The notes beneath the pieces are model-generated. The model was given only the letters and a program-made list of their open reading frames with translations. It made no database searches and was not told where the DNA came from. From the NCBI GenBank assembly GCA_027593235.1, contig JAQCIU010000017.1:272-64271 (forward strand): a DNA stretch of 64,000 nt, written 5' to 3'. Each line of letters begins with the position of its first letter. Position 1 is the first letter of the stretch. Position numbers and translations under genes: made by a program. Below, in pieces: positions 26,064 through 35,048 of this stretch. The DNA is from Chloroflexota bacterium. Its GTDB lineage: Bacteria > Chloroflexota > Dehalococcoidia > UBA2979.

Positions 26064-27008
26064 ATGAATACGAGCAAGCAAGTCAACGCGATGATCGGCC
26101 TCCTCTTCCTGGTGGCCCTCTTCTTCGCGGCCAACGTGCTCAACGAGCCGAATCGCCAGGAGGCCGCGGTCGAGAATCAGACCGAGGTCTTCTCCGAGCG
26201 CGGCGCCGAGATCTTTGTGCAGAACTGCCGCGGCTGTCACGGCCTCGAAGGCCTTGGGCCGGACGAAGGCGCCATCGGCGCGAAGCTCAACACGCCGGCG
26301 TTCCTGATCCTCGGCGAGGAGAACGCGTTCAATTCCGACGCGACGGCGATCGGCGTGGCTGATGGCATTCGCGGCTTCCTGGGCGACAGCATCGCCTGCG
26401 GGCGCACCAACACGGTGATGCCGGTCTGGTCCGAGCGGTACGGCGGCCCGTTGTCCGATCGTCAGATCGAATACCTGGTGACGCTGATTACCGAGGGCCG
26501 CTGGGACCTCGTCGTCGAACTGGGCCACGAGAACGACACGCACCAGATTCCTGAGTTGACCCGCGAGAGCATCATTCTGGATGGCGCCGGTCTGGCGCCG
26601 ACCAAGGAGAACTGCGGGCAGTACAACGGCATCACCGCGAAGCCGTTCCGTGACCGCGACCCGTTCGCCTCGGGGGCGATCGCGTCCGAGACGCCGGGCG
26701 CGGACGGCACCGCCGAGCCTGGCGGCACCGCCACTGCTGGCGGCGGGCCGGAAGACGCGATGGTCCAGACCCTGCCGGTTCGTGAGTACTTTGCTTCGCT
26801 CTGCGCCGGTTGTCACGGTCAGAACCGCGAAGGCGGCGTTGGCCTGCCGCTGACAAGGGATGTGCTCACCGAGTCCGATGACTTCTACATCGACGTCCTC
26901 ACCAACGGTCGTGCGGGGACTGCGATGTCGCCGTTCGGGGGTGGCGCGGAACTGACGCCGGACGAGGTCGCGGGGATCGTGACCTGGCTGAAGAACACCG
27001 ATCCGTAG
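26064..27008 (+). CDS. membrane-anchored dihaem c-type cytochrome
   Basis: N-terminal TM helix and two CxxCH motifs (CRGCHG and CAGCHG). Confidence 0.85.
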   Translation: MNTSKQVNAMIGLLFLVALFFAANVLNEPNRQEAAVENQTEVFSERGAEIFVQNCRGCHGLEGLGPDEGAIGAKLNTPAFLILGEENAFNSDATAIGVADGIRGFLGDSIACGRTNTVMPVWSERYGGPLSDRQIEYLVTLITEGRWDLVVELGHENDTHQIPELTRESIILDGAGLAPTKENCGQYNGITAKPFRDRDPFASGAIASETPGADGTAEPGGTATAGGGPEDAMVQTLPVREYFASLCAGCHGQNREGGVGLPLTRDVLTESDDFYIDVLTNGRAGTAMSPFGGGAELTPDEVAGIVTWLKNTDP

Positions 27009-27108
27009 CGGCCCGCGGGGGTTCGGGATGGATCGTGAGCGCGACGGTCACTAGGCTGACCGTTCGACGTAATGCGTCCGCACTGACTGACGGAATGACG
27101 GGGGTACC

Positions 27109-27228
27109 ATGGCAGCGATCACGGGCAAGCGATACCGATGCCAGAGCTGCGGCGCGGAGTTCATCGTGACCCGCGGCGCCGACGAGGGCGAACTGCGCTG
27201 CGGCGAAGAGCCGCTCGAGCAGCTGTAA
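27109..27228 (+). CDS. 39-aa desulforedoxin-like mini-protein with 3 Cys
   Basis: MAAITGKRYRCQSCGAEFIVTRGADEGELRCGEEPLEQL resembles the desulforedoxin pattern Y-x-C-x-x-C-G...CC-G, but has RCG in place of CCG. Third-position GC is very high, consistent with coding. Not in the ORF track because it is under 60 aa. Confidence 0.4.
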   Translation: MAAITGKRYRCQSCGAEFIVTRGADEGELRCGEEPLEQL

Positions 27229-27246
27229 GCGCAGGAGGACATAACC

Positions 27247-27390
27247 GTGGCCGTTGCACTGGGTAAGCGCTACAAGGACGAGAACACCGGCATCGAGGTG
27301 CTCTGCATCAAGCCGGGCGACTGCAACCTCAACGTTGACGGTCGTGGCATGGAAGAACTGCAGCCGAAGGTGCTGCCTTCCGCCGACTAG
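27247..27390 (+). CDS. 47-aa paralogous mini-protein with a degenerate Cys pattern
   Basis: The GTG follows AGGAGG at an 8-nt spacing. VAVALGKRYKDENTGIEVLCIKPGDCNLNVDG...KVLPSAD shares the GKRY...E(F/V)(I/L) core with the preceding ORF but lacks the CxxC. Third-position GC is high. Confidence 0.4.
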   Translation: MAVALGKRYKDENTGIEVLCIKPGDCNLNVDGRGMEELQPKVLPSAD

Positions 27391-27539
27391 TTCCACAGCC
27401 GAGGGACCACTCGCGTTGACGCGCGGGCGGTCCCTCTCTACGCTCGCAGATGCGCACCTCGTGGTGCGCATCGTTACGATCGGCGTCGACGCGACCACAC
27501 TGGGGTCGGACCGCGCTGAAGAAGGGTCCCCTGGAGAAC

Positions 27540-27752
27540 GTGGCCGAAGTCACCATTGCCGAATCCGAATCACTCGACGCAGCACTGCGCCGTTTCAATA
27601 AGCGCGTGCAGTCCGAGGGCATCCTGACGGCTGCCCGCCGGCACGAGTTCTACGAGAAGCCGTCCGAAAAGCGGAAGAAGAAGGACGCCGCCCGCCGGCG
27701 CAAGCTCCGCAAGTCCATCATCAAGGCGCAGAAGCGGCGCGAGTTCTTCTAG
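27540..27752 (+). CDS. rpsU: 30S ribosomal protein S21
   Basis: ESLDAALRRFNKRVQSEGIL...RRHEFYEKPSEKRKKK. GTG at 27540 inside ORF 27450..27752. Confidence 0.85.
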   Translation: MAEVTIAESESLDAALRRFNKRVQSEGILTAARRHEFYEKPSEKRKKKDAARRRKLRKSIIKAQKRREFF

Positions 27753-27900
27753 GCTCGCGCTCCGTTCCCGTTCCGCCATCCGGTCATCTCTCAACTCGAT
27801 CACGAGTACGCCGTAAACCCACGCCGCGCTGGCGCGGGTTCGGCGTTCGCGCAGCGCCCCCGGCTATGATGGGCACCACCCGCGCCGAACTGGAGATGTC

Positions 27901-28350
27901 GTGAGCTCGATTGCCACAACGATCCGCCAGGAAATGGTGGCCGCGACCAAGGCGGGCGAACGATTTCAGCGTGACACGCTGCGGCTGCTGATCGCGGCGA
28001 TCGAGAATGGCCGCATCGAGGCCGGGCACGAGCTGTCCGACGACGAGACGCTGAAGGTCCTCCAGAAAGAGGCGAAGCAGCGCCGCGACTCCATCGAGGA
28101 GTACCGCAAGGGCGCCCGCGAAGACCTCGTGGCATCCGAGGAAGCGGAACTCGCGATCATCGCGACCTTCCTCCCGGAACAGCTCGATGACGCCGCCGTC
28201 CGTCTCCTCGTGGAAGCGACCATCGCCGAGGTGGGCGCGTCCGGGATGGACGATCTTGGCAAGGTGATGGGACCACTCATGCAGAAGCTGGATGGTCGAG
28301 CCGACGGTCGCGCCGCCAACGCGATTGTTCGGGAACTGCTCTCCGGCTGA
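27901..28350 (+). CDS. GatB/YqeY-domain protein
   Basis: LRLLIAAIEN, KQRRDSIEEYRKGAREDLV and MGPLMQKLDGRADG match the YqeY pattern. It follows rpsU, as in many bacteria. Confidence 0.8.
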   Translation: MSSIATTIRQEMVAATKAGERFQRDTLRLLIAAIENGRIEAGHELSDDETLKVLQKEAKQRRDSIEEYRKGAREDLVASEEAELAIIATFLPEQLDDAAVRLLVEATIAEVGASGMDDLGKVMGPLMQKLDGRADGRAANAIVRELLSG

Positions 28351-28382
28351 TCGAAGCGGGCTTCCGCCCGAGAAGCGTTCGC

Positions 28383-30701
28383 ATGACGAAGCAGCCAGCG
28401 CGCCCCCAATTCCTCCAGTTGACGCCTTCCGAGGGCCACAACTCGATCATCTTCTTCGGTGGCTTGCTGGCCGCGCTCTTGTTCGCCGTGCTGTTCCCGT
28501 GGTTCCCCGGCGGCCAGTTGCTGGACGTTGGTGCCACGGTCAACCGCGACATCCTGGCGCCGCGCGCCGTCAACTACGAGTCGACGGTCCTCACCGAGCA
28601 GCTCCGCGCGGAACGGGCCGCCGAGGTCGCCGACGTACTGGTGCTGGACACCGATGCCCGCGACACACAGCTCTCTCAGCTCGATGCGATCCTCGCCGAG
28701 ATCGATCAGATTCGCGGGGACACCTCGCTGTCCGCGTCCGCCCGCGAGACCGAAGTGCGGGCGATCCCGGGCACCGAACTGTCACAGCGCGCGGCCGCCA
28801 CCGTCGTCGGTTCGGACTTTGCCCAGTGGCGCACGCTCTCCGACGAGGCCCGCAGCTCGCTGGGCAGCACGCTCGCCGGCGCGATCGGCGAAGACGAAGT
28901 CGCAGCCGCGCGCAGCCGCGCCGCCGGCCTGCTGTCGCCGGCGCTCGAGGCGGATCAGATCATCGCGCTCCGCGAGCTGATCGATCCGTTGATCGTTGCG
29001 ACCGTAACCGTGGACGCCGTGAACACGGAGCAACTCCGTGAGGAGGCGCGCCAGAACACCCCGCCGGTGCTGATCGACTTCGCGCGCGGCGAGATCGTGA
29101 TCGAATCCGGCGCGGTCCTCACGCAAGCCGACGTGGAGGCGCTGGACGAGTTGGAGCTCCGCTCCACTGGAATCGATCCAAAACGCATCGCCGCGACGGC
29201 GATCATCGCGCTGCTCTCCGGAGCGGCCCTCGTTGGTTACCTGCTGATCGCGAAGCCGGCTTCGGTGCGCGGTCCGCGGCGAATCGTCCTGGTCGGTCTG
29301 CTGCTGATCGTGCCGGCGGCCATCGCGAAGTTCGCGTTGCCGATCGTATCGCCAGACCTCGATCGTCACTTCCTCGCTCATGCGTTGCCGCTTGCCGCCG
29401 GTCCGATCGCCGCGGCGGTGCTCTTGGACGTGGGCGTCGCGGTGTTGCTCTCCGCGATCCTCGCGGGGTTGGTGCTCTTTACCAGCGGCTACGCGCCGGG
29501 CCTCGAATCCGGCGGCTCCGCGGCGCAGCTCGAGACCGCGCGGCTTGCGCTGGCGACGATCGCGGGTTCGTTGGCCGGGGTGTTTGTCGCGGCGAACGCG
29601 GACCAGCTTCAACGCTTCCTCGCCGCTGGAATAGCGGCGGCGATCGCCTCGGGTTTGGCGGTGCTGCCGATCTGGTTGATCGATACGGACGGCGGGTTCG
29701 TCGATCTCTTCTGGCTCGTCGGCGCGGTGGCGGCGAACGGGCTGCTCTCCGCCTTGATCGGCGTCGGCGCGTTCGTCTTGCTCAGCCGACCGTTCGGGAT
29801 CATCACGCGTGTCGAACTGATGGAGCTGGCGCAGCTCAGCCGGCCAGTGTTGCGGCGGCTCCAGGACGAAGCGCCGGGGACGTTCCAGCACTCGATCCTC
29901 GTTGGCAACCTCGCGGAGCGCGCAGCCGATCGGATCGGCGCGGACCCGCTGCTCGCGCGTGTCGGCGCTTACTACCACGACATCGGCAAGCTCACGGCGC
30001 CCGGCTTCTTTGTGGAGAACACCGGCGGCGAGGCCAATCCGCACGAGGGCCTCGATCCGCTGCAGAGCACGCGCGTGATCATGCAGCACGTGACCGGCGG
30101 CGTGGAGCTGGCCCGGAAGTCCGGTCTGCCGGAAGTGCTGATTCAGTTCATCCGCCAGCACCACGGCCAGCGCCTGGTGACCTTCTTCTACCGTCGTGCG
30201 GCGGAGGTCGATCCCGACATCGACCCGGAGCTGTTCCGCTACCCGGGCCCGCGGCCGCAGTCACGCGAAGCGGCGCTGGTGATGCTGGCGGACAGTTGCG
30301 AGGCAGCGACCCGCGCGAGTTCTGATCACAGCACTGAGCGCATTCGCACGATCGTTTCGAACACGTTCCGCGAACGGATCGACGAGGGCGAATTCGACGA
30401 GTCCCCGATCTCGCTGCGCGACCTGGGGATCGTGCGCGAGACCTATATCGCCACGCTGACTGCGGTGTTCCATCCGCGCGTCGAGTACCCCGATCCGACC
30501 CAACGGGAGCTTGAGGCACGCGGCCGTGCGGTTGGAAGCAGCGCGCCGGCGACCAGCGCCGCGGGCGCGAACGGCGCGGGACGCGGTTCCGCGAGCGCGG
30601 CGCGTCGAGGGGCGGACGTGATCATCGAGCCACCCGAGCCGCGGCGCGCGGCAGCCGAGGCCGATCGCGGGGAGAATGAGCTGAGCGAGGACGACAGCTA
30701 A
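28383..30701 (+). CDS. 7TM-receptor-linked HD/HDIG phosphohydrolase (PgpH/YqfF-like)
   Basis: It has a large extracytoplasmic N-domain, seven predicted TM helices, and an HD domain with HSILVGNLAE, YYHDIGK and RQHHG. Confidence 0.8.
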   Translation: MTKQPARPQFLQLTPSEGHNSIIFFGGLLAALLFAVLFPWFPGGQLLDVGATVNRDILAPRAVNYESTVLTEQLRAERAAEVADVLVLDTDARDTQLSQLDAILAEIDQIRGDTSLSASARETEVRAIPGTELSQRAAATVVGSDFAQWRTLSDEARSSLGSTLAGAIGEDEVAAARSRAAGLLSPALEADQIIALRELIDPLIVATVTVDAVNTEQLREEARQNTPPVLIDFARGEIVIESGAVLTQADVEALDELELRSTGIDPKRIAATAIIALLSGAALVGYLLIAKPASVRGPRRIVLVGLLLIVPAAIAKFALPIVSPDLDRHFLAHALPLAAGPIAAAVLLDVGVAVLLSAILAGLVLFTSGYAPGLESGGSAAQLETARLALATIAGSLAGVFVAANADQLQRFLAAGIAAAIASGLAVLPIWLIDTDGGFVDLFWLVGAVAANGLLSALIGVGAFVLLSRPFGIITRVELMELAQLSRPVLRRLQDEAPGTFQHSILVGNLAERAADRIGADPLLARVGAYYHDIGKLTAPGFFVENTGGEANPHEGLDPLQSTRVIMQHVTGGVELARKSGLPEVLIQFIRQHHGQRLVTFFYRRAAEVDPDIDPELFRYPGPRPQSREAALVMLADSCEAATRASSDHSTERIRTIVSNTFRERIDEGEFDESPISLRDLGIVRETYIATLTAVFHPRVEYPDPTQRELEARGRAVGSSAPATSAAGANGAGRGSASAARRGADVIIEPPEPRRAAAEADRGENELSEDDS

Positions 30702-30803
30702 GGCCGCGTTCGAGCGAACGCGCGCCCGCCGCTATCCTCGATGCGTCGCCCTCGGACCACTGCGATCCGCGAGGGCGTGCCACTCCCCGAGCTTGGAGGC
30801 GCG

Positions 30804-31499
30804 ATGCGCGCGGCGGTTCTGGTCTTTCCCGGTACGTGGAGTGATCGCGACTGCGAATGGGCCCTCCAGCAGGTGGGGATCGAGTCGCGCCGCATCTGGC
30901 ACCGCGACCCAATCAGCTTTGACCGTGACGAGTTGGTGGTGCTGCCGGGTGGCTTCTCCTACGGCGACTACCTGCGCTGTGGCGCGATCGCCCGCTTCTC
31001 GCCGGTGATGGACGCGGTCCGCGATCACGCCGCCGCCGGCGGACTGGTGATCGGGATCTGCAACGGATTCCAGATCCTCTGTGAGGCACAGCTCCTGCCC
31101 GGCGTCTTGATGCGCAACGACAGCCTCCAGTTCCGCTGCCAGGACGCGCTGCTCCAGGTCGGTAACCGGCGGTCGCCGTTCACCTCTGCAATCGATCCGG
31201 CGCGATTGCTGCGCGTGCCGGTCTCCCATGGCGAGGGCAACTACTACGCGGATGCCGCGACCCTCGATCGCCTCGAAGCCGAGGACCGCGTCGCCTTCCG
31301 CTACGTGGACGCCGCGGGCAACGCGACGCCCGAGGCCAACCCGAACGGTTCGCTCCGCAACATCGCCGGCATCGTCAACGAGGGCGGCAACGTCCTCGGG
31401 ATGATGCCGCACCCGGAGCGGGCCTGTGAGGCGCTCCTCGGCAACGAGGATGGCAACGCGATCTGGGAGTCGGCGCTCAGTTCGCTCGTTCCTGCCTAG
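30804..31499 (+). CDS. purQ: phosphoribosylformylglycinamidine synthase, glutaminase subunit
   Basis: [32 protein letters not shown] (catalytic Cys) and MPHPER. The ATG at 30804 follows GGAGG. Confidence 0.9.
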   Translation: MRAAVLVFPGTWSDRDCEWALQQVGIESRRIWHRDPISFDRDELVVLPGGFSYGDYLRCGAIARFSPVMDAVRDHAAAGGLVIGICNGFQILCEAQLLPGVLMRNDSLQFRCQDALLQVGNRRSPFTSAIDPARLLRVPVSHGEGNYYADAATLDRLEAEDRVAFRYVDAAGNATPEANPNGSLRNIAGIVNEGGNVLGMMPHPERACEALLGNEDGNAIWESALSSLVPA

Positions 31500-31594
31500 C
31501 TGACGTTGCTGGCCCGCGGGCGACGATCGAGGTGACTGACCCTCCGGCGGGCCAGTGCTAGCCTGACGATCTCCCCCGCCGAGCAGGAGTTCCG

Positions 31595-33805
31595 ATGGAC
31601 GTCGACGACCACACGTTGGCCCAGGTGGCGATGTCTCGCGCGGAGTACGCGCGGTTGCTCGACATGCTCGATCGCGAACCGACCGAGGTGGAGTTGGGGA
31701 TCGTTGGCGCGCTCTGGTCAGAGCACTGCGGCTACAAGCACTCGCGGCCGTTGTTCCACCATTTCCCGACGGAGGGACCGTTTGTCCTGACAAAGGTCGG
31801 CGAAGAGAACGCCGGGGCGATCGACCTCGGTGACGGGTGGTGCGCCGTCTTCAAGATGGAGTCGCACAACCACCCGTCCGCGATCGAGCCTTACGAGGGC
31901 GCGGCGACCGGCGTCGGTGGCATCCTGCGCGACATTTTCGCGATGGGGATGCGACCGGTGGCGTTGCTCGACTCGCTGCGCTTCGGACCGCTGACCGACG
32001 CGACGAACCGTCACCTCTTCAACGGGGTGGTGGCTGGCATCGGTGGCTACGGCAACTGCATCGGCGTGCCGACCGTCGGCGGCGAAGTGCAGTTCGACGA
32101 GTCCTATTCCGGGAACCCACTGGTCAACGCGATGTGCGTGGGGGTCGGGCGGATCGAACATCTGCTCTCCGCGAGCGCGGCCGGGCCCGGCAACCCGCTG
32201 GTGCTGGTCGGCGCCGACACCGGGCGCGACGGCATCCACGGCGCGACGTTCGCGTCGGTCGAGCTGGACGAGAACTCGGGCGAGCGCCGCCCCGCGGTCC
32301 AGGTGGGCAACCCGTTCCTGGAGAAGCTGCTGCTCGAGGCCTGCGTGGAGCTGGCGGAGCAGCACGGCGACTGGATCGAGGGCCTGCAGGACCTCGGCGC
32401 CGCCGGGCTCACCTCGAGCGCCGTGGAGGCGGCGGCGCGGGCGGGGACCGGCATCGAGATCGACGTCGCGCTCGTCCCCCGCCGCGAGCAGGGGATGACC
32501 GCCTACGAGGTGATGCTGTCCGAGTCGCAGGAGCGGATGCTCGTGATCCCGAAGCGTGAGCACCTCGATGACGTGCTCGCGCTGTTCCGCCGCTGGGAGA
32601 TCCACGCCGATGTGATCGGCACCGTGACCGACGACAGCATGGTGACGATCCGCGATGGCGACAGCGTGGTGGCGCGCCTCCCGGTCGGGGTGCCGACCGA
32701 CCCGCCGATGTACCCGCCCGAGGGCGTGCGCCCGGCCGAGCTGGATCGCTGGCAGTCGGAAGACCTCGAGGCCGTATCGGACCTCACCGATCCGAGCGCG
32801 GCGCTGCTGACGCTGCTGGCCGATCCGAACATCGCGAGTCGCCGCGCGATCTACCGCCAGTACGACCACCAGGTGCTGAACAACACCGTCGTGAAGCCGG
32901 GCGGCGACGCCGCGGTGATCAGGGTGAAGGGTTCGACCAAGGGGATCGCCGCGACCACGGACTGCAACGCGCGCTTCGTCGCCCTCGAACCGCGCGTCGG
33001 TGCGGCGATCGCGGTGGCGGAGGCGGCGCGCAACATCGTGGCGACCGGAGCGCGCCCGGCGGCGGTGACGGACTGCCTGAACTTCGGTAACCCCGAGAAG
33101 CCCGAGGTCGGCTACCAGCTCGAGCAGGCGATCCTCGGGATCTCCGACGCCTGTCGGGTGCTGGGGACGCCGGTGATCTCCGGCAACGCCTCGCTCTACA
33201 ACGAGACGCCCAGCGGCCAGGTGCTGCCGACACCGGGCATCGGCATGATCGGCGTGATCGACGACGTCCAGACGCGGCTGACCGCGACGCCCGCCGAGGG
33301 CGATCGGCTGGTGCTGATCGGAGCTCCGCTCGCGCAGCCGGCAGCGACGCTGGCCGGATCGCAGTACCTCACGGAGAAGCTGGGCCGGCTGGCCGGACGG
33401 CCGACGATCGACCTGGCGCATGAGGCCGCCGTGCAACAGTTGGTCCTCGAAGCGCACGCGGCGGGGCTGCTGTCCGCCGCGCACGACTGCTCCGACGGCG
33501 GCCTGGCGATCGCGGTGAGCGAGATGTGCCTGGCCGCGGGCGCGGGGATCGACGGCGCTGCCCTCGATGTGGGCCCGCGGCTCGATGCCGCGCTCTTCGG
33601 TGAGGCGCAGTCGCGCTTCGTGCTGGCGGCGGCGTCCGAGGCGGCAGTGGCGGATCTGCTGGCGCGATCGGCGGCAGCCGGCATCAGCGCAACGCGGCTT
33701 GGGACCGTGGGCGGGTCGCGTATCCAGATCGGGCCGGTCGACATCGACCTTGCAGCGGCGGGCGCTGCCTACGATGGCGGCCTCGAGCGCGCGCTCGCCG
33801 GGTAG
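31595..33805 (+). CDS. purL: phosphoribosylformylglycinamidine synthase subunit PurL
   Basis: SEHCGYKHS, ESHNHPS, GVGGILRD and the duplicated AIRS-like domains. 736 aa. Confidence 0.9.
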   Translation: MDVDDHTLAQVAMSRAEYARLLDMLDREPTEVELGIVGALWSEHCGYKHSRPLFHHFPTEGPFVLTKVGEENAGAIDLGDGWCAVFKMESHNHPSAIEPYEGAATGVGGILRDIFAMGMRPVALLDSLRFGPLTDATNRHLFNGVVAGIGGYGNCIGVPTVGGEVQFDESYSGNPLVNAMCVGVGRIEHLLSASAAGPGNPLVLVGADTGRDGIHGATFASVELDENSGERRPAVQVGNPFLEKLLLEACVELAEQHGDWIEGLQDLGAAGLTSSAVEAAARAGTGIEIDVALVPRREQGMTAYEVMLSESQERMLVIPKREHLDDVLALFRRWEIHADVIGTVTDDSMVTIRDGDSVVARLPVGVPTDPPMYPPEGVRPAELDRWQSEDLEAVSDLTDPSAALLTLLADPNIASRRAIYRQYDHQVLNNTVVKPGGDAAVIRVKGSTKGIAATTDCNARFVALEPRVGAAIAVAEAARNIVATGARPAAVTDCLNFGNPEKPEVGYQLEQAILGISDACRVLGTPVISGNASLYNETPSGQVLPTPGIGMIGVIDDVQTRLTATPAEGDRLVLIGAPLAQPAATLAGSQYLTEKLGRLAGRPTIDLAHEAAVQQLVLEAHAAGLLSAAHDCSDGGLAIAVSEMCLAAGAGIDGAALDVGPRLDAALFGEAQSRFVLAAASEAAVADLLARSAAAGISATRLGTVGGSRIQIGPVDIDLAAAGAAYDGGLERALAG

Positions 33806-33812
33806 CTGCACC

Positions 33813-34331
33813 GTGCGCTGGCTAGAGTTCAAGGCGGTCGCGCCCAACCTCGTGGCCCTGGAGCAACGCGCCCGCGACTTCGAAGCCGACTTCCTCTCCG
33901 AACGTCGTGAGCAGGACGTGCACTTCAACTTCCCCGACGGGATGTTGCTGTTGCGCGAACTCGAGCAGCCGCCCGGCGACCTGATCACCTACCAGCGCGT
34001 GGAGTACGAGGGCTTCCACCTGGCCGAGGCCGAGGTCGCCGCGGTCGAGGACGTGCGCGAGGTGAAGGCGATGCTGCGCGGTCGCTTCGGCGCGCGGGTC
34101 GAGGTGGAGAAGTCACGCAAGACCTTCCAGTGGCGTGCGACCCGTATCCATCTCGATCAGGTGTTTCGGCTCGGCATGTTCGTCGAGCTGGTGAGCGCGG
34201 TGGACGGGCGCGACGAGGCGGAGACCGCCGTCGAGCTGCGCGAGGTGCTGGTGCGGCTCGGGATGGAGCACGTCACCTCGGAGTTGCGCGGGTACGCGGA
34301 TCTGATGCTGGCGCGCGAGACAGGCCTGTAG
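33813..34331 (+). CDS. CYTH-domain protein (class IV adenylate cyclase/CyaB-like)
   Basis: LEFKAV start of the beta-barrel, EQDVHF, KSRKTFQW and IHLDQVFRLGMFVELV resemble CyaB-type CYTH proteins. The GTG at 33813 lies 8 nt after the purL stop. Confidence 0.6.
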   Translation: MRWLEFKAVAPNLVALEQRARDFEADFLSERREQDVHFNFPDGMLLLRELEQPPGDLITYQRVEYEGFHLAEAEVAAVEDVREVKAMLRGRFGARVEVEKSRKTFQWRATRIHLDQVFRLGMFVELVSAVDGRDEAETAVELREVLVRLGMEHVTSELRGYADLMLARETGL

Positions 34332-34437
34332 GCGAGCCGCGTTAGCCCTCGACGTTCCGATCGAGCAACACGGGCGCGTTCGGGACGCGCACAATAGTGA
34401 GGTGCAATTCGCCGCGACGGCGAAGCGGGAGGCGCGG

Positions 34438-34605
34438 ATGGCGTCGACAGTCCTCGATCGATGGCGGTTCGGCGGCGCTGGTGCGAGCGGACGCGCGCTC
34501 TGGAAGCGGCTGGGCGCGATCGCGCTGCGGCTCAACGGCACGCAACTCCCGATCTACCTCGATCGATCCGACCGCGCGGAGCTACAGCGCACGATCGACG
34601 GCTGA
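34438..34605 (+). CDS. 55-aa hypothetical protein
   Basis: The ATG follows GGGAGG at a 5-nt spacing, and third-position GC is high. No recognisable motif. The ORF track lists a longer GTG-started version (34402). Confidence 0.3.
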   Translation: MASTVLDRWRFGGAGASGRALWKRLGAIALRLNGTQLPIYLDRSDRAELQRTIDG

Positions 34606-34741
34606 GACGACATCGCCCTGGCCGTTGGCCGGGTCTACGAACTGCACGGGATGCGCGGGCTGGGGAATCGATCGCTGTACTAGCGGGCGATCGGTCGAGC
34701 GCTGCGGACCGTCGAGGCGAGTGGCCTCGATGGTTGATTTA

Positions 34742-34780
34742 GAACAGATGTTTGACACGAGCGAACGTCTGTTCTACGCT
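34742..34780 (+). promoter_or_regulatory. candidate promoter overlapped by two LexA (Cheo/SOS-box-like) sites
   Basis: -35 TTGACA (34752-34757), a 17-bp spacer, then -10 TACGCT (34775-34780). Box 1 is GAACAGATGTTT (34742-34753). Box 2 is CGAACGTCTGTTCT (34762-34775), which fills the spacer. Both fit GAAC-N4-GTTY. Confidence 0.45.
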
Positions 34781-35048
34781 GCTCGACGAGTCCGTTGCCG
34801 CGGGTGACGACTCGGTTCCGATTGCGTGACTCGAAGGGCATCGATAACCTGTCGAACTCATGCGGTGCGATGGTCCGGTTCCGGATACTCACCGTCTGTC
34901 CACGACAGGGACCACAGACAGACCGGGGAATTGCGGGATAACTCCCGCAGTCTGTGGACTGGCCCGTCGATAAGTTGCGTTCGGTACCGGGTCACTCCCC
35001 CAAGATGACGGCAGTCCCGGCTCCGACACACCGAGAGGGTCATTCGAC

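Noticed and set aside
34805-35008. Small ORFs in the rplI leader (GTG 34805, 48 codons; 34826..35008, 60 aa; ATG 34859, 38 codons)
   Set aside because: They have no Shine-Dalgarno, third-position GC is far below the genome's coding norm, and they overlap each other in different frames. The region is more consistent with non-coding RNA.
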